From Thermoplasmata archaeon (lineage in GTDB: Archaea; Thermoplasmatota; Thermoplasmata; RBG-16-68-12), in the NCBI GenBank assembly GCA_036395115.1, contig DASWDU010000011.1, positions 549 through 64,548 on the forward strand: a stretch of DNA of 64,000 nucleotides. The letters are read 5' to 3'. This document shows, piece after piece, positions 1 to 8,464 of this stretch. Under the pieces are notes generated by a model. The model had not been told where the DNA came from, did not search any database, and saw only the letters and a program-made list of their open reading frames with translations. The position numbers were made by a program, and so were the translations under genes. Within the stretch, counting starts at the first letter, position 1. Every line of letters starts with the position of its first letter.

Positions 1-718
1 CCGGTTCAACGTGCAGATGATCCCCCAGGCCGCGATTGACATGTACTGGCTCCTCGCCGCGGTGGGCGTGATCTCGATCCTGTACGGCGCCGTCGTGTGC
101 CTCGCGCAGGACGACCTCAAGCGCATGGTCGCGTTCTCGAGCGTCAGCCACATGGGGTTTGTGACCCTCGGGATCGCCGCCGGAGTGTACGGCTACACGC
201 AGGTCGGGCTGAGACCCGGGGCCGTGCTCGGCTTCAGCGGCGCGATCTTCCAGATGTTCGCGCACGGGCTCGTGGCCGCCGCCCTGTTCATGGTCGCGGG
301 CTCGCTCGGCCACTCCCTCGGCACGCGGAACATCTCCGAGCTCGGCGGGATCGCGAAGAAGGTCCCGCGCCTGGCGACGTTCATGATGATCTCGTTCCTG
401 GCGTCCCTCGGGCTCCCCGGCCTCGTCGGGTTCGTCGCGGAGTTCTCCGTCTTCCTCGGGGTCTACGCCGCGTTCGGCCTGTGGGTCTTCATCCCGATCC
501 TGACCGTCATCCTGACGGCGGCGTATTTCATCTGGGCGATGCAACGCTCGATCTTCGGGCCGCTGAACCCGAAGTGGGAGGGCGCGAAGGACCTCCACCG
601 CTTCGAGGTCGCGCCGCTCGCCGTCCTCGCGGCATCGTTCGCGGTGTTCGGCATCGTGCCGGTGCTCCTTCTGGACCTCCTCTCGACGTGGTCGAGCGGC
701 ATCCTCGGAGGGCTGTGA
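1..718 (+). CDS. nuoM: NADH-quinone oxidoreductase subunit M, C-terminal part; the gene starts upstream of the window
   Basis: ORF 11..718 is a hydrophobic multi-TM protein with the NuoM/ND4 pattern (MVAFSSVSHMGFV, FQMFAHGL). It is in frame from the window edge. The stop at 716-718 is followed by a GTG start at 720. Confidence 0.8.
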   Translation, partial: RFNVQMIPQAAIDMYWLLAAVGVISILYGAVVCLAQDDLKRMVAFSSVSHMGFVTLGIAAGVYGYTQVGLRPGAVLGFSGAIFQMFAHGLVAAALFMVAGSLGHSLGTRNISELGGIAKKVPRLATFMMISFLASLGLPGLVGFVAEFSVFLGVYAAFGLWVFIPILTVILTAAYFIWAMQRSIFGPLNPKWEGAKDLHRFEVAPLAVLAASFAVFGIVPVLLLDLLSTWSSGILGGL

Positions 719-719
719 G

Positions 720-2291
720 GTGTCGAGCTACACGGTCTTCCTCCCGGAGGCGATCCTCGTCGTCACGGCGCTCGCCTCGGCGGTCCTAGGGTTCGCATGG
801 CGGCGCCGGCCGGAGGCGCTATGGGCACTCGCCTTGGTCGGTACCGGCCTCGCGGTGTTCATCACGCTCGACATGATGGGCCTCGGGATCACGACGGCGC
901 TGCGCGTGTCTCTGTGGCCGTCCCCCGTCGGCGCCGAAGGCGACTTCACCGCCGAGCTCAAGATGGACGTCGACCGATTCGCGCTCTTCTTCCAGGTGAT
1001 GTTCGAGTTCGTCGCCCTTCTCGCGATCCTGGCGTCCCGAGGCTTCATCCAGAAGGAGGAGCCGCACCAGGGCGAGTACTACGCGCTCATGCTCCTCGCG
1101 ATCGTCGGCATGATGTTCACCGCCGCGGCGACGGACCTGTTCGTGCTTTTCCTGGCGTTCGAGACGTCGAGCCTGAGCACGTTCGCCCTCGTCGCGTACC
1201 GGAAGCGGGACAAGCAGGCGACCGAGGCGGCGGTCAAGTTCTTCATCATCGGCGCGGTGAGTTCCGGCGTCGTCCTGTTCGGCATCTCGTTGATTTACGG
1301 GATCGCGGGCACCACGTCGATCCCGTCGACGACGGACCTGGCGCTCTTGCGGACCCACCTCGACCTGACGGCGTACCCGGCGATCGAGCCCCCGCTGATC
1401 ATCGCCCTCGTGTTCCTGATCGCGGGATTCGGGTTCAAGGTCGCCGTCGTCCCGTTCCACATGTGGGCGCCCGACGTGTACCAAGGATCGCCGACGACGA
1501 TCAGCGTCCTCCTCACGTCTGCGTCGAAGAATGTCGGGATCGTCGCCCTCTTCCGGGTGTTCCTGATCGGCCTGCTGAACGTCCAGGTCGACTGGGTCGC
1601 AACCCTCGCGATCCTCGCGATTGTGACGCAGACCGTGGGAAACGTCGTCGCGATCCCGCAGCGATCGATCAAGCGCATGCTGGCGTACTCGAGCATCGCC
1701 CAGGCCGGGTACATCCTGATCGCCCTCGCCGTCGGTGCGGTCGCCATCCAGTCGACGTCGCCGACGGACAACGCCGCGAATGTGGCCGCGTACGGCCTCG
1801 TCGGCGGTATGCTCCATGTGTTCGTCTACGCGGCGATGAAGGCGGGCTCGTTCCTCGTCGTCGCGGGCACCGAGTCGCGCGGCGTCCCGGACGACATCGA
1901 GGCGTACAAGGGCCTGAGCCGGCGGATGCCGTTCCTCGCGTTCTCGATGATGGTCTTCCTCCTGAGCCTCGCGGGCATCCCCCCGCTCGGAGGGTTCTTC
2001 TCGAAATTCGTCCTCTTCTCGAGCGCCGTCAACGCGGCGGCGTTCAACCAGTGGTACCTCGCCCTCGCCGTGTCCGGGGTCTTGAACAGCGCCCTCTCCC
2101 TGTACTACTACGCGCGGGTGATTTGGTACATGTACATCCTCGAACCGGAGGAGGGGGCGACGAAGATCTCCGCCCCGCGGTCGATCGACGCTGCAGTGTT
2201 CATCGCCCTGGCGATCGTGATACTGACCGCCATTCTCGCAGCGTTCTTCCTCAACTACCTGATCCAAGCCGCCCAGGGGTTCTTCTTCTAG
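720..2291 (+). CDS. nuoN: NADH-quinone oxidoreductase subunit N (complex I antiporter-like subunit)
   Basis: 523-aa polytopic protein with NuoN/ND2 motifs (FKVAVVPFHMWAPDVYQG, MLAYSSIAQAGY). It is tightly coupled to the upstream nuoM stop. Confidence 0.85.
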   Translation: MSSYTVFLPEAILVVTALASAVLGFAWRRRPEALWALALVGTGLAVFITLDMMGLGITTALRVSLWPSPVGAEGDFTAELKMDVDRFALFFQVMFEFVALLAILASRGFIQKEEPHQGEYYALMLLAIVGMMFTAAATDLFVLFLAFETSSLSTFALVAYRKRDKQATEAAVKFFIIGAVSSGVVLFGISLIYGIAGTTSIPSTTDLALLRTHLDLTAYPAIEPPLIIALVFLIAGFGFKVAVVPFHMWAPDVYQGSPTTISVLLTSASKNVGIVALFRVFLIGLLNVQVDWVATLAILAIVTQTVGNVVAIPQRSIKRMLAYSSIAQAGYILIALAVGAVAIQSTSPTDNAANVAAYGLVGGMLHVFVYAAMKAGSFLVVAGTESRGVPDDIEAYKGLSRRMPFLAFSMMVFLLSLAGIPPLGGFFSKFVLFSSAVNAAAFNQWYLALAVSGVLNSALSLYYYARVIWYMYILEPEEGATKISAPRSIDAAVFIALAIVILTAILAAFFLNYLIQAAQGFFF

Positions 2292-2356
2292 GCGTTCGAT
2301 TCGCCCGTCCCCGTGGCGAAGGATTTTATCTCAGGACCCGTCCATGAGGAAGCGCC

Positions 2357-3469
2357 ATGGCTTCGGCCTCCGCCGGATCGCGCGTCGTGTTGCACGTCGA
2401 CATGGACGCGTTCTACGCCGCCGTGGAGATTCGGGAGAATCCCGCGCTGGAGGGCAAGCCTGTCGTCGTCGGCGCGGATCCCCGCAAGCATCCGCGCGGC
2501 GTCGTCCTCACGGCGAGCTACGAGGCCCGACGCTACGGCCTGCGGTCCGCGATGTCGTGCGTGGAGGCGCTCCGCCGGTGTCCCGACGCCATCTTCGTGC
2601 CGCCGCACTTCGAGCTGTACGGCCGGGTGAGCGGCGAAATCATGGCGACCCTCCGCGGCTTCGCGGATCGTCTCGAGCCGAGCGGGATCGAGGAGGGCTA
2701 CCTCGACGTCACGAACCGGTGCGACGGGAACTTCTCCCGCGCTCAGGAGATCGCACGGGACATCAAGGCCGCGATACGGAGGGACCATCGGCTCTCCTGC
2801 TCAATCGGCATCGCGCCAACGAAGGCGCTCGCGAAGATCGCGTCGGACTTTGAGAAGCCCGACGGCCTCACGGTCGTCTCGCCCGACCACGTGGTCGAAT
2901 TCCTCGCACCGATCCCGGTCCGGAAAATTTCGGGCGTCGGCCCGAAAACCGCCGAGCGGCTGAAGGAGCTCGGGCTCGAATCGATTGGCGACGTGCAGCG
3001 GACGAACCGCCAAGACCTCGTCGAGCTCCTCGGGGCGTTCGGGGAGTACGTTTACGACGTCGCCCTCGGTCGCGACGCCGGCGAGGTGGTCGAGCCGAGC
3101 GGCCCACCGGAATCAATCAGTACGGAGACGACCTTTGCGAAAGACCTCGACTCGTATAGCACGGTCTGGCCCGAACTCGAGGCGCTCGCGAAATCGCTCC
3201 ACGAGCAGCTCCTCCTCGAGAAATACGCATACCGGACGGTCACCCTCAAGGCCCGATACTCGAACTTCGAGACGCACACTCGGTCGCGCAGCCTGAAGAT
3301 CCACACGACCGACCTGGATCCGATCTTGACCCTGAGCCAGATGATGCTCAAGGAGGTCCTCGCGCCCGACCGGAAGGTGCGCCTCATCGGCGTGCGGCTC
3401 TCGCACCTGAAGGAGCACGCGGCGCCGCAGGCCACGCTCGCGAAATGGTCGACCATTCCGCCCGATTGA
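2357..3469 (+). CDS. dinB: Y-family DNA polymerase IV (Dpo4/DinB-like translesion polymerase)
   Basis: N-terminal VVLHVDMDAFYAAVE catalytic motif, SIGIAPTKALAKIAS, and helix-hairpin-helix and little-finger regions. 370 aa. Confidence 0.85.
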   Translation: MASASAGSRVVLHVDMDAFYAAVEIRENPALEGKPVVVGADPRKHPRGVVLTASYEARRYGLRSAMSCVEALRRCPDAIFVPPHFELYGRVSGEIMATLRGFADRLEPSGIEEGYLDVTNRCDGNFSRAQEIARDIKAAIRRDHRLSCSIGIAPTKALAKIASDFEKPDGLTVVSPDHVVEFLAPIPVRKISGVGPKTAERLKELGLESIGDVQRTNRQDLVELLGAFGEYVYDVALGRDAGEVVEPSGPPESISTETTFAKDLDSYSTVWPELEALAKSLHEQLLLEKYAYRTVTLKARYSNFETHTRSRSLKIHTTDLDPILTLSQMMLKEVLAPDRKVRLIGVRLSHLKEHAAPQATLAKWSTIPPD

Positions 3470-3523
3470 GCGGAAGAGCTGGTCTCGAGAAACCCGACGG
3501 ACCGGCCCGAAACCAGAGGCCGC

Positions 3524-4471
3524 CTAGACGACCTTCACGTCGAGCGCCTTCTCGAGGTTCGGCATCTTGTTCGCCACCGTGAAGAACGGAGATCCGGCGA
3601 ACAACAGCCCGACGGCGCGGCCGTCGTACCCGACGATCGTGCTCCCGGAATCTCCGCCCGCGCTGAAGGACCCGCGCTCGCCCTTGATGATCATCTGGTC
3701 CGTGAAGACGTAGGCGCCTGTCGCGTAGCCCACCCGGAGCGTCGCGCTCGCGTCCACCACCGCTCCGTTCGTGAGGCGCGTCGTGCGGCCGCTCTTCATC
3801 ACCTTCTCGTCGAGCGTCGGCTCGCGGGTCCCCCGCAATCGGCCGATGTTCAGGATGTCCGGGGTCACATCCCGCGCGTCGAACGGGGCCGCGATTGCGG
3901 CGTCCACGAGGTTCGGACCTTCCGGGTCCACCGCGACGTACGTGTCGAGGCGACCGATCACGTCGCGGTCCGTCTTGCCGCCATCGAAGGTGCCGGGCTG
4001 GAGGACCGGATCCCCTTCGACGCCGCGGTTCTCATTCGCGAGGACGTGGTTGTTCGACAAGATGAACGTCTCGCCAGCGTCCTGCACGAGGCACGACATC
4101 GTGCCGGCGGTGATGGCGTAGTGACCGATCGACAAGCCGCCCATCGCGGGACGGACCTTCCGTTGGTAGATCGGCGGGATCGGGCGCCAGATCGAGAACT
4201 CGCCCGCCTCCTCGATGTCCGTCGGCACGCCCTCGATCTCGTCCGGGATCGTCCGACCGTCCTTCACGAGGAGGGGATGGAGCTTTTGGCGGACGTAGAC
4301 CTTCACGACGAGCTCGTCCGTCGGGAAGCTGCGGACTGTGCGGTGGCCGATCCCCACCCCGACGACGTCCGGGTGGGTCGACGGCGTCAGTCCCTCCCTC
4401 TCGATCCCGAGGAGTTGGCACTCGCAGACGAGCTTCGCGTCTTCCGCGTTCGGCGTCATCCCACCCTTCAC
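3524..4471 (-). CDS. S1-family chymotrypsin-like serine peptidase
   Basis: 315 aa with an LSNNHV His region and a GDSGS catalytic serine motif near the C-terminus. The N-terminal ~90 aa form a separate domain (VVGVGIG...VYV...IPDEIEGVPTDIEEAGEF). Confidence 0.75.
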   Translation of the reverse strand: MKGGMTPNAEDAKLVCECQLLGIEREGLTPSTHPDVVGVGIGHRTVRSFPTDELVVKVYVRQKLHPLLVKDGRTIPDEIEGVPTDIEEAGEFSIWRPIPPIYQRKVRPAMGGLSIGHYAITAGTMSCLVQDAGETFILSNNHVLANENRGVEGDPVLQPGTFDGGKTDRDVIGRLDTYVAVDPEGPNLVDAAIAAPFDARDVTPDILNIGRLRGTREPTLDEKVMKSGRTTRLTNGAVVDASATLRVGYATGAYVFTDQMIIKGERGSFSAGGDSGSTIVGYDGRAVGLLFAGSPFFTVANKMPNLEKALDVKVV

Positions 4472-4692
4472 AGGGCCTTGAAGGTCCCCGTCACCACGAC
4501 CTCGATGGGGATGTCGTCGAGCGAATCCGGGATTTGCGCTCGGATTCGAGGACTGTCCTCGTCCACGTAGATCCGGATGCAGTCCTTGCCGTCCTTACGC
4601 CCGATGCCGACCCCGACCACCCCCCGCATCTTCATGAGATGGGCCTCGTGTCGACGCTTCACTTCCTCCACGGACCCCATCGACGTCTCCAT
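4468..4692 (-). CDS. small protein (74 aa) paralogous to the N-terminal domain of the downstream S1 peptidase
   Basis: An internal ATG in ORF 4468..5046 gives METSMGSVEEV...VVGVGIGRKDGKDCIRIYVDE...IPDSLDDIPIEVVVTGTFKAL. Its stop overlaps the peptidase start (ATGA). It aligns with the peptidase N-domain. Confidence 0.5.
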   Translation of the reverse strand: METSMGSVEEVKRRHEAHLMKMRGVVGVGIGRKDGKDCIRIYVDEDSPRIRAQIPDSLDDIPIEVVVTGTFKAL

Positions 4693-4781
4693 AGGAACGA
4701 GCGGACGATAAATCCGTCGACGGTTTTCCGGACCGAGAGGCACCGGTCGAGACCGGCAAGCCGGGAGTTCGACCGCCCGGG

Positions 4782-6176
4782 TCAGGGCGGGGGTGGCCGG
4801 ATGAAGCCGTCCTGCATCAGGAACTTCGTCTCCTCGTGCGCGCGTCGGATCAGCGCGAGGGCGCCTTCGAGGAGCTCGTCGCGGCTCTTCGTGACGCGGG
4901 CGATCCCTTGGTCGATCGCCTTCCGGCCGACGGCGGCGGCCTCCCGGGCGAAGACGTCGATCTCCTCCATGGTCGGCACGATGTGCTCCTCGTCCAGCCC
5001 GCGCTCCTCCTGGACTCTCGCGAGCTCCTCCGCCGCGGCGATGCACATCTCATCTGTAATGGTCCGCGCCCGCACGTCGAGGGTGCCGCGGAAGATGCCG
5101 GGGAAGCCGAGGCTGTTGTTCACCTGATTCGGGAAGTCGCTACGGCCCGTCGCGATCACGCGCGCACCGGCTTCCGCGGCTTCCCACGGCCAGATCTCCG
5201 GCACGGGGTTCGCAATCGCAAACAGGATTGAGTCGTCTGCCATCGACGCCACCCAGTCCTTCTGGATGACGCCGGGTCCGGGCTTTGACGCCGCGATCAC
5301 AACGTCGGCGTCGGCCATCGCCTCCGGGATGCCACCCTCGCGGCCTTCGGCGTTCGTCGTCTGGGCGAGTTCCCACTTCTCGTGGTAATCGGCCGCCGCC
5401 GCTTCGATGTCCGCGCGCCGACGACCGACGATCCCTTTCGAGTCCACGAGGATGAGGTGGCCCGGCTTCGCGCCGGCGGCGATGAGCAGCTTCGCCGTCC
5501 GGATGTTCGAGGCGCCCGCGCCGACGAGGGTGATCGTCACGTCAGCAACCTTCTTGCCCACGACCTTCAGCGCGTTGATGACGCCGGCCACGTTGATCGT
5601 CGCGGTCCCTTGTTGGTCGTCGTGCCAGACCGGGATCTCGCACTCCTTGCGCAGCCGCTCCAGGATGCCGAAACACTTCGGCTGCGCGATGTCCTCGAGG
5701 TTCACGCCACCGAACGAGGGCGTGATGAGCTTGACGGTCTCGGTGATCTTCTCCGGGTCCTTCGTCGCCAGCGGGACGGGGAACGCGTCGACGCCTCCGA
5801 GGTACTTGAACAGGAGCGCCTTGCCTTCCATGACCGGTAAGCCCGCTTCGGGACCGATGTCGCCGAGGCCGAGGACGCGCGTGCCGTCCGTGACGACGGC
5901 GACCTGGTTCCACTTGTTCGTCAGCGTCCAGACCTTCTCGGGATTCGCGTAGATGTCGAGGCACGGCTGCGCCACGCCGGGAGTGTACCAGATCGCGAAG
6001 TCGTTGAACGTCCGCACGGGGACCCGCGGGACGATCTCGATCTTGCCCTGATAGTACGGATGGTACTTCGCGGACTGCTCCTTCGGCAAGTTCGCCTTGC
6101 GGAGGTTGTCCGCCACCTCCTGTGGCGTCGGCGCCTTGACGTCCTTCGAGCGCGCGCGCTTCTTGGTCGCGACCAT
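4782..6176 (-). CDS. NAD(P)-dependent malic enzyme (malate dehydrogenase, decarboxylating)
   Basis: 464 aa from an internal ATG (MVATKKRARSK...). Contains the malic enzyme N-domain (FAIWYTPGV) and a Rossmann GAGASN motif. The 5' extension of the 600-aa ORF is low-complexity and is rejected. Confidence 0.85.
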   Translation of the reverse strand: MVATKKRARSKDVKAPTPQEVADNLRKANLPKEQSAKYHPYYQGKIEIVPRVPVRTFNDFAIWYTPGVAQPCLDIYANPEKVWTLTNKWNQVAVVTDGTRVLGLGDIGPEAGLPVMEGKALLFKYLGGVDAFPVPLATKDPEKITETVKLITPSFGGVNLEDIAQPKCFGILERLRKECEIPVWHDDQQGTATINVAGVINALKVVGKKVADVTITLVGAGASNIRTAKLLIAAGAKPGHLILVDSKGIVGRRRADIEAAAADYHEKWELAQTTNAEGREGGIPEAMADADVVIAASKPGPGVIQKDWVASMADDSILFAIANPVPEIWPWEAAEAGARVIATGRSDFPNQVNNSLGFPGIFRGTLDVRARTITDEMCIAAAEELARVQEERGLDEEHIVPTMEEIDVFAREAAAVGRKAIDQGIARVTKSRDELLEGALALIRRAHEETKFLMQDGFIRPPPP

Positions 6177-6267
6177 GGGAACACGAGAACGGGCGGCCGA
6201 TGAGCAGAACGAAGTCGGATAAACCTTTGGTCCTCGGATGAAGGTCCGCGCCTGATCCGCGGAGTTC

Positions 6268-7059
6268 GTGCGTTCTTCCGATCCTCGCACGAAGCTTTTT
6301 CTGAATCGGTGGATTCCGATGGACGTGCTCCTCACGGTGGTGGACAAGGCGGGCGGGGGAGGGGTGCGGGAGGTCCGAGAGGCGTTCGAAACGGTCGAGC
6401 GCGGGTACGCGGAAGAAGGCTTGCGGCTGCGGTCGCCGGTCTCCGCCGAAATCGTCTCCATGCCGATCATGGGCGCCTCGAAATCCCTGAGCGACCGACA
6501 CACGCTCTTCGTCTCCGTGCGGGCGGTGCAATCGGGGACACTTGACGGCCTCGTCGCCCACGAGATGGGCCACATGCTCCGCACGGAAGCCCGCCACGCC
6601 TCGCACGATCCGGACGTTTACGGAGCCGTCAGCCGGGAGGTGCGGATTCCCCAGGCGGGGGAGGATGCGTTCTCGCAGGCTTTCAACCACATCCAGGACA
6701 TATACGCCGACGACCTGGCGTTCCTCGTCTTCGCCTCGGACGGCGGGGACCGAGCGTACCGATTCTTTGCGGGCTGGGTCGACGGGAACGCGGGGATGCG
6801 AGGCGAAGACCGCTGGCGGAACGTCGGGCTCGCGGTGAGCAACGGGTTCTCGCTCGGCAACCTGAGGCGGCACGCGCTGATCGCCGCGGATGACCCGCTA
6901 TGGGTTCGAGCGCGGACGTTCGACCGGGAGGCCGGCTTCGTCACGGTCGACGCCCTCGCGGAGTTCTTCGCGAACCTCCCAAACGACCCTTCCGGGGCGG
7001 CGTTCCTTTTCGAGGTGCGGAGGCTTGCCAGCCTGATGACCAAGGCCGCCCAGACGTAG
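6268..7059 (+). CDS. hypothetical protein with an HEMGH (HExxH) zinc-metallopeptidase-like motif
   Basis: 263-aa ORF with protein-like composition and the motif LVAHEMGHMLR. The start is uncertain (ATG at 6268 or 6319). Confidence 0.45.
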   Translation: MRSSDPRTKLFLNRWIPMDVLLTVVDKAGGGGVREVREAFETVERGYAEEGLRLRSPVSAEIVSMPIMGASKSLSDRHTLFVSVRAVQSGTLDGLVAHEMGHMLRTEARHASHDPDVYGAVSREVRIPQAGEDAFSQAFNHIQDIYADDLAFLVFASDGGDRAYRFFAGWVDGNAGMRGEDRWRNVGLAVSNGFSLGNLRRHALIAADDPLWVRARTFDREAGFVTVDALAEFFANLPNDPSGAAFLFEVRRLASLMTKAAQT

Positions 7060-7069
7060 GTCGGCAACG

Positions 7070-7078
7070 TTTAATATA
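7070..7078 (+). promoter_or_regulatory. TATA-box-like element TTTAATATA upstream of the mrp/apbC-like gene
   Basis: AT-rich octamer in a GC-rich intergenic region, about 40 nt upstream of the TTG start at 7116. Confidence 0.35.
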
Positions 7079-7115
7079 CGCGCGAATCTGACTCCGTATC
7101 TCTCCCGGTGAAAAC

Positions 7116-7991
7116 TTGGCCGAAGAACTCGAGACCGCGCAGATTCCCCCGCACATTATGGCGGCGATGCGCGAGCGCATGAAGATGGCGCAGCGAATGT
7201 CCCGCATCAAACACAAGATCGTCGTCATGTCAGGAAAAGGCGGTGTCGGCAAGACAACTGTTGCCGCCAATCTGGCGTGCGTCCTCGCCGAAGAAGGCGC
7301 CGTCGGCCTCGTCGACGCGGACGTCACAGGTCCCGACGTCGCGAAGATCATGGGCGTCGAAGACGCGCAGGTGAAGGCGACCGCGACGGGGCTCGAGCCG
7401 ACGATCGGCCCTGCCGGGGTGCGCGTGATCTCGATGGCCCAGCTCATCGAGCGCGACACCGCGGTCGTCTGGCGAGGGCCGCTGAAGATCAAGGCGTTGA
7501 AGCAGATGCTCTCCGACACCGAGTGGGGCGACCTCGACTATCTCGTGATCGACCTCCCACCGGGGACGAGCGACGAGCCGCTCAGCGTCGCCCAGGAGAT
7601 CCCCGACGCGGACGGCGCGGTCGTCGTGACGACGCCACAGGAGGTGTCTCTCCTCGACGTGCGTAAGTCGATCGCCTTCGCGAAAGCGGTGAAGCTGGAC
7701 ATCCTTGGAGTCATCGAGAACATGAGCGGGTTCGTGTGTCCGCACTGCGGCAAGCCGACGGACATCTTCAAGGTCGGTGGCGGCGAGGCCGCGGCAAAGG
7801 AGATGGGCCTGCCGTTCCTCGGCCGCATCCCGCTCGACCCGCGGATCGTCATCGGCGGAGACGCCGGCAAGCCGTTCGTGATCGAGCATCCGGACTCCGA
7901 GGCGGCAAAGGCGTTCCGAACGATCGTCGTGAACCTGAGGCCGCAGCTGAAGGAAGCGAAACCGCGCCCGACCGGTCCGCTCGCGCAGTGA
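7116..7991 (+). CDS. Mrp/ApbC/NBP35-family iron-sulfur cluster carrier ATPase
   Basis: P-loop GKGGVGKTT, deviant Walker A of the ParA/MinD type, and a CPHCG Fe-S ligating motif. 291 aa. Confidence 0.85.
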   Translation: MAEELETAQIPPHIMAAMRERMKMAQRMSRIKHKIVVMSGKGGVGKTTVAANLACVLAEEGAVGLVDADVTGPDVAKIMGVEDAQVKATATGLEPTIGPAGVRVISMAQLIERDTAVVWRGPLKIKALKQMLSDTEWGDLDYLVIDLPPGTSDEPLSVAQEIPDADGAVVVTTPQEVSLLDVRKSIAFAKAVKLDILGVIENMSGFVCPHCGKPTDIFKVGGGEAAAKEMGLPFLGRIPLDPRIVIGGDAGKPFVIEHPDSEAAKAFRTIVVNLRPQLKEAKPRPTGPLAQ

Positions 7992-8012
7992 GCCAGATCA
8001 AGCCGCCGTGGC

Positions 8013-8420
8013 TCACGTCCACCGATCGACGACCGCCTCGATTTGCGCCCGCGGCAGCGCGCCCACGAGGCCCTCCACGAGCTTCCCGTCCTTGAAGAGG
8101 AGCATCGTGGGGATCGAGCCGACCTGGAACCGAGCGGGCGTCTGCGGACTCTCGTCCACGTTCAGCTTGCCGAGGCGCATTCGGCCCACTCGAGCCTTCG
8201 CGATGTCTTCGAGGACCGGCGCGACGCGGTGGCACGGCCCACACCACTCCGCCCAGAAGTCGACGAGCAGCAGCCCAGGCCTGCGGACCTCCGCCTCGAA
8301 CGTGGTGTCGGTCAAGGTGATCGGGCCGGTCCATGCCGGCGGCGCGGGCTTCGGCGCGAGTGCCGCGAGCAGCTCTTGACGCTTCCTCGCACGGATCGCC
8401 TCGAGATCGGGATCCTCCAT
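8013..8420 (-). CDS. trxA: thioredoxin
   Basis: WCGPC active site in the C-terminal 135 aa (internal ATG MEDPDLEAIR...). The 283-aa ORF's N-terminal extension is Arg/Pro-rich and is rejected. Confidence 0.7.
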   Translation of the reverse strand: MEDPDLEAIRARKRQELLAALAPKPAPPAWTGPITLTDTTFEAEVRRPGLLLVDFWAEWCGPCHRVAPVLEDIAKARVGRMRLGKLNVDESPQTPARFQVGSIPTMLLFKDGKLVEGLVGALPRAQIEAVVDRWT

Positions 8421-8464
8421 GCGGAAACCCACTTGGACGGGCGGATAAAAGCCTTTGGTCCCGC

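Noticed and set aside
819-2267. 482-aa ORF on the minus strand opposite nuoN
   Set aside because: The translation is Arg/Asp/Glu/Gly-rich low complexity, typical of antisense frames in ~65% GC DNA. The plus strand encodes a clear NuoN.
5542-6873. 443-aa minus-strand ORF overlapping the malic enzyme and HExxH genes
   Set aside because: Alternate-frame or antisense artefact with Arg/Pro/Gly-rich composition. Real genes occupy both regions.
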